Source: Myxococcota bacterium (GTDB taxonomy: Bacteria > Myxococcota_A > Polyangia > Polyangiales > Sandaracinaceae). From it: a stretch of 64,000 nt of DNA. Made by a program: the position numbers and the translations under genes. Below the pieces are notes generated by a model. It was not told where the DNA came from. It did no database searches and saw only the letters and a list, made by a program, of their open reading frames with translations. Positions 61,201 to 64,000 of the stretch are shown here, piece after piece (position 1 is the stretch's first letter; every line of letters starts with the position of its first letter). The stretch covers positions 1 to 64,000 of the forward strand of contig JAYZQJ010000038.1 in NCBI GenBank assembly GCA_036149055.1, given 5' to 3'.

Positions 61201-63257
61201 TCGTGACCACCCGTGAGGGTGAGAGCCGTCCCTTCGCGCTGCCGACGATCGACGAGTTCGACTGCGGCGAGGACGGGCTCTGCCCCGGCGACCCGGGCCA
61301 CACCATGCCCGACGACGGCGAGGCCGACACCATCCTCACCGACGACGAGGCCGTGCGCTGGGTGGAGGCGATCCGCGAGATCCGCACCAACCGCTCGCTC
61401 AACGGTCTCGGCAACACGATGACCTCGTCGCTCATGGACTACAACGGCGACCTCTCGGACATGTCCGGGCTCGGCCGCTACGACCACGCGGCGGTCTTCT
61501 ACAACTACTTCAACCTGGTCGAGGCCTTCGACGGCGACCCGCTGTACCGCGAGGGCGCGAGCTCCTCGCTCGACGGCCTGCTCCGCTCGGACACCACCGA
61601 GCGTCGCCTCTGGACCTGGTACCAGGGCGGTGAGTCCTGCGACATCGACGTCGACTGCCCCTACGCGGCCGGCTCCGAGGCGCTCACGGACTCGCAGGGC
61701 ATCTTCCAGCGCTGCATCCAGAACCCGCGCTACGCGAACATCCCGATCCCCTGCAACGGTGAGCGGAACTGCGTGTGCTCCAACTTCGACGAGGACTTCA
61801 TCGACTTCGTCGAGCAGGCGGAGCCCCGCTACAACTCGGACGCGGACGGCGACGGCGTCGTCGACTACGACCGGGTCGAGTACATGTTCTGCAGCAACCC
61901 GCGCCTCGGCGACATCTCCTGGTGCAACACCTTCGACGCGGGTGAGAGCTTCCAGGAGACGATCGATCACTTCCGCCAGATGTGGCAGGAGAACTACCCG
62001 CGCAGCTACTACCGGAACTACCGCCGGAACTTCTTCACCGGAGCCCGCTCGACGCGCTACATCGTCGACGCCGCGAAGATGTACCAGCACCTCTTCTTCC
62101 GGTACTTCTACGAGCCCGAGTTCCGCCGTCAGACCGGCCCGCTCGGCTTCAACGACCAGTACCTCGCCTCGGTCGACGCGATGAACTGGCTCGCGGAGCT
62201 GGCGCAGCTGCCCGACATCGGCTCCTACCGGCTCGAGAACACCGCGGGTCCCGAGACCTGTGATCCCCGCAACCCGGACGCCCCCGGCAACCCCGCGGGC
62301 TGCGAGTACGCCTACCGTCACCTCGGCGAGGAGATGGACATGGCGGAGGCGGACTTCTCCCTCGCGCCTGGCCAGGGCTTCCGCACCTGGTCGGAGTACC
62401 AGGACGGCCTCTACGGCTTCTTCCGCATGGAGATCGCCGGGACGTTCTGGGACAAGCTCATCGCCCTCAACGCGCTCACCATTCGTGACTGGGGCCTGAG
62501 CTTCACCGTCGACGAGCGGTACTTCATCAACTTCTACGACCTCTTCCCGGTCGAGATGACGGAGCTCTACGGTGGCTACGTCATCGACGACGAGGCCTGG
62601 TACGCCCCGCGCGTCCGGATGGAGGACGGGGAGCCGCACGTCTACTACCTGAACTACCTCCGCGGGAACTGCCGCGACGAGACCACCGGCGTCCTCTCGG
62701 TCTGCCGCGACTCGAACGAGGTGGAGTTCACCGACCCGCCGCTCATGGACACGAGCAACGAGATCCTGCGCCTCTACGCGTCGGTCTTCGCGCTCTCCCG
62801 GATCCCGGTCTTCTACGACCCGTCGTTCGAGAGCCGGCTGGCGATCTTCAAGCTGGACAACGCGGACGGCTTCGACATCCCGGACGTCCAGACCGACGGG
62901 CTGCCGACCCAGGCGTACGGCGAGGCGATCCCGGGCTCGGGTCACGCGGTGACCACCGACCCGGCCGAGGCGGACTACATCATCTACACGTCCGACCGCC
63001 TCCACGTGCCCTACGTCGCGGTGAAGCTGCGCGAGCGGCTGACCTTCAACCTCGAGGAGGAGCAGCTGGGCTTCCAGCTCCTGCTCCAGGTCTCGCAGCT
63101 CCAGCAGCGGGTTCGTCAGCTCGAGGCGCTCGCCAGCCCGACGCCCGAGCAGCGCGCCGAGCTGAGCCGCCTGCGCCGCGACCTCGTCGGGAACGAGTCG
63201 TTCCTCGAGTCGCTCATCGAGGTCTCCCGCATCTTCGGCATCACCAGCTGGCTCTGA
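58278..63257 (+). CDS. Giant lipoprotein zinc metalloprotease (metzincin, EcxA/DUF4953-like), paralog 2
   Basis: Lipobox VAG-C, HELGHGLGLEHN, SSLMDY and an extra Cys-rich insertion. Start 58278 or 58299. Confidence 0.88.
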   Translation: MDHGANKMRITRHGLLGALVLALGSLSLGVAGCAEPGPDINRVQTNLVDKSIFEGEWWYTRTVADIDDDASWAINGAGAGAPWPGATANFDIASRSGIMGRIRWVIDEDFLYAYRSHEIIFGGAEDADEDGYLGQPLAVFPITGHVDVRREYSAITGEPTNVISESQDRRWYDRQYLRVDWSQNLVTFGLFGASLELNEFFGQFRREPVTNFVQEGGDSRIPDSWRPTFVRIGDDPEYRFYDEWPTEQHDDVHYMSFVTNELWTPTNCPSDVCQTSIRISIRNSFLRVPPNHQYAAESLENDEYDRFGIIRTEARTYIRGGEDRSELSTYCDARAVATCTFDDDCGTGGSCDFGADGVGRCVAGTMEDVDDCGVGVMADYATGRCQNDIDAECGPGLCNMDTHLCQGGLTPEYGETDFLAYWRLRHNFYARSLAAADDPRHTGGRCVADWQCDNRHGTVDTGALMSSAWVGELSSMLEREVTPGDLLAGSTCDPAASRCTIPLRTRPARPVDYYLNPHFPQHLVRTSMEVVSQWNDGFMQGNRELHGQALPTGAPVACQSENPVDYCFCAADGSLKSPEVRADDTCAHRSNYFVPPEARGEENPYDCWVAIVGADGTPTTDEGINPANPTSHADYSDEVYRYAFVGDECMLRLNVNSCDVPVADGEDPAPCEELGDIRYQFYNYATGAGAGWCGVMQQMSDPTNGEAISIPINMGELCEDRIATNALDLWPVLRGEIDESSLFTGENVRGYYERLGNVHVPVGLAPAINGNEYTPGDLGRPTGLAAQGLSTRLNDHLNDVFSEMAPRFEALRAGNEGRAQIMSDRLRNLAGTQIERRLVEGMAAEGFGGLADSNPLMALNMETQGLTRPDSATMLEQLSPFRDNFQQLLTQDHMREMAFAENHIYYPRDAIFTSRYNQYWANAFAGRPYEEAHIRWRQAFHRAVMLHELGHGLGLEHNFAASYDRDHYHDGYFNLVTTREGESRPFALPTIDEFDCGEDGLCPGDPGHTMPDDGEADTILTDDEAVRWVEAIREIRTNRSLNGLGNTMTSSLMDYNGDLSDMSGLGRYDHAAVFYNYFNLVEAFDGDPLYREGASSSLDGLLRSDTTERRLWTWYQGGESCDIDVDCPYAAGSEALTDSQGIFQRCIQNPRYANIPIPCNGERNCVCSNFDEDFIDFVEQAEPRYNSDADGDGVVDYDRVEYMFCSNPRLGDISWCNTFDAGESFQETIDHFRQMWQENYPRSYYRNYRRNFFTGARSTRYIVDAAKMYQHLFFRYFYEPEFRRQTGPLGFNDQYLASVDAMNWLAELAQLPDIGSYRLENTAGPETCDPRNPDAPGNPAGCEYAYRHLGEEMDMAEADFSLAPGQGFRTWSEYQDGLYGFFRMEIAGTFWDKLIALNALTIRDWGLSFTVDERYFINFYDLFPVEMTELYGGYVIDDEAWYAPRVRMEDGEPHVYYLNYLRGNCRDETTGVLSVCRDSNEVEFTDPPLMDTSNEILRLYASVFALSRIPVFYDPSFESRLAIFKLDNADGFDIPDVQTDGLPTQAYGEAIPGSGHAVTTDPAEADYIIYTSDRLHVPYVAVKLRERLTFNLEEEQLGFQLLLQVSQLQQRVRQLEALASPTPEQRAELSRLRRDLVGNESFLESLIEVSRIFGITSWL

Positions 63258-63280
63258 CCTAGAGCCGCTCGATCCGGAGC

Positions 63281-63318
63281 ACGGCCCGGCACCTCACGGT
63301 GTCGGGCCGTTTCATTTT
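63281..63318 (+). terminator. Rho-independent terminator after the metalloprotease pair
   Basis: ACGGCCCGGCACC-TCAC-GGTGTCGGGCCGT followed by TTCATTTT. Confidence 0.85.
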
Positions 63319-63389
63319 GCCGGGGTCATGCGGTCACGTTAGGCTCGCGGCCCCCGGAGATGGACCGGGGCTCGACGGGAGAAGAACGC

Positions 63390-64000
63390 GTGAGCTCTGT
63401 CAGCGAAGAGCTGCTGCCGCTCTACCGCCAGATGCTGCTGATCAGGCGCATCGAGGAGGAGTCGGCCAAGGCGTACGTCCAGGGGAAGATCGGCGGTTTC
63501 CTCCACCTCTACATCGGGCAGGAGGCGATCGCGGTCGGCACCGAGGCGGCGATCACCGGGGACGACAACGTCCTGACGACCTACCGAGACCACGGCTTCG
63601 CGCTCGCGCGTGGCACGACCCCGCGCGCCGTGATGGCGGAGCTGTTCGGCAAGGACACCGGCTGCTCGCGGGGCCTCGGCGGCTCGATGCACATGTTCGA
63701 CAAGGAGAACCGCTTCTTCGGCGGGCACGCCATCGTCGGCGGTCACGTCGCGGTCGCGGCCGGCGTCGCCTTCCGGGCCAAGTACCTGAAGCAGGACAAC
63801 GTCACGCTGTGCTTCTTCGGGGAGGGCGCCACCAACATCGGCGGCTTCCACGAGGGCATGTCGCTCGCCGGGCTCTGGAAGCTCCCGGCCGTGTTCATCT
63901 GCGAGAACAACCTCTACTCGATGGGCACCCCGCTCGTGCGCACCATGCCCGAGAAGGACCTCACCAAGAAGGCGCCCGGCTACGCGATGGCCGGCGACCG
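63390..64000 (+). CDS. pdhA: Pyruvate dehydrogenase E1 alpha subunit (truncated by the window end; not in the ORF track)
   Basis: Manual translation: LYRQMLLIRRIEE...GKIGGFLHLYIGQEA...TYRDHG...GGSMHMF...CFFGEGA...ENNLYSMGT. Confidence 0.93.
   Translation, partial: MSSVSEELLPLYRQMLLIRRIEEESAKAYVQGKIGGFLHLYIGQEAIAVGTEAAITGDDNVLTTYRDHGFALARGTTPRAVMAELFGKDTGCSRGLGGSMHMFDKENRFFGGHAIVGGHVAVAAGVAFRAKYLKQDNVTLCFFGEGATNIGGFHEGMSLAGLWKLPAVFICENNLYSMGTPLVRTMPEKDLTKKAPGYAMAGD

Noticed and set aside
53767..63005. Very long antisense ORFs (53767-57846, 58272-63005; likewise 14570-19372, 35295-39203 and others)
   Set aside because: Shadow ORFs caused by high-GC codon bias opposite well-supported genes; no recognisable motifs

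Overview
Very GC-rich bacterial DNA (roughly 70-75% by eye), most likely from a myxobacterium (Myxococcota, Polyangiales/Sandaracinaceae-like). The evidence is a MYXO-CTERM sorting tail, a TonB-C/TonB-receptor fusion, a CorE-type ECF sigma factor and many large Cys-rich lipoproteins. From left to right: (1) a structured non-coding REP-like mosaic with a 47-bp tandem array (1-600); (2) a sigma54 unit with a GAF enhancer-binding protein divergent from a 4xDUF1508 lipoprotein and a kinase; (3) a TIMP-like secreted protein and a GT2 synthase; (4) an orphan carrier-protein operon (AMP ligase, aminotransferase, glutaminase-less AsnB-like enzyme, ACP, reductase); (5) a LamG/CxxCH lipoprotein, an FG-GAP MYXO-CTERM protein and a stand-alone C-A-T-TE NRPS, which is divergent from a TonB receptor / lipoprotein / Fur-family regulator / His-rich permease metal-uptake locus with two matching operator-like boxes; (6) a copper island (TolC, two multicopper oxidases, diheme cytochrome, CopA, CorE-like ECF sigma, CopZ, cupredoxin) in which four units share a GTAA-N17-CGTC promoter motif; (7) an aldehyde dehydrogenase/DUF779 unit with an AcoR-like activator; (8) a 1.35-kb intergenic repeat field with a ~108-bp periodic array and an oppositely oriented half; (9) a CPBP protease, gltX and an M16 peptidase pair; (10) a sigma54-preceded locus with a putative beta-barrel protein and two giant paralogous metzincin lipoproteins; (11) the start of pdhA. 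No rRNA, tRNA, CRISPR-cas, integrase or transposase was recognised. All calls come from reading motifs by eye; no database searches were run.
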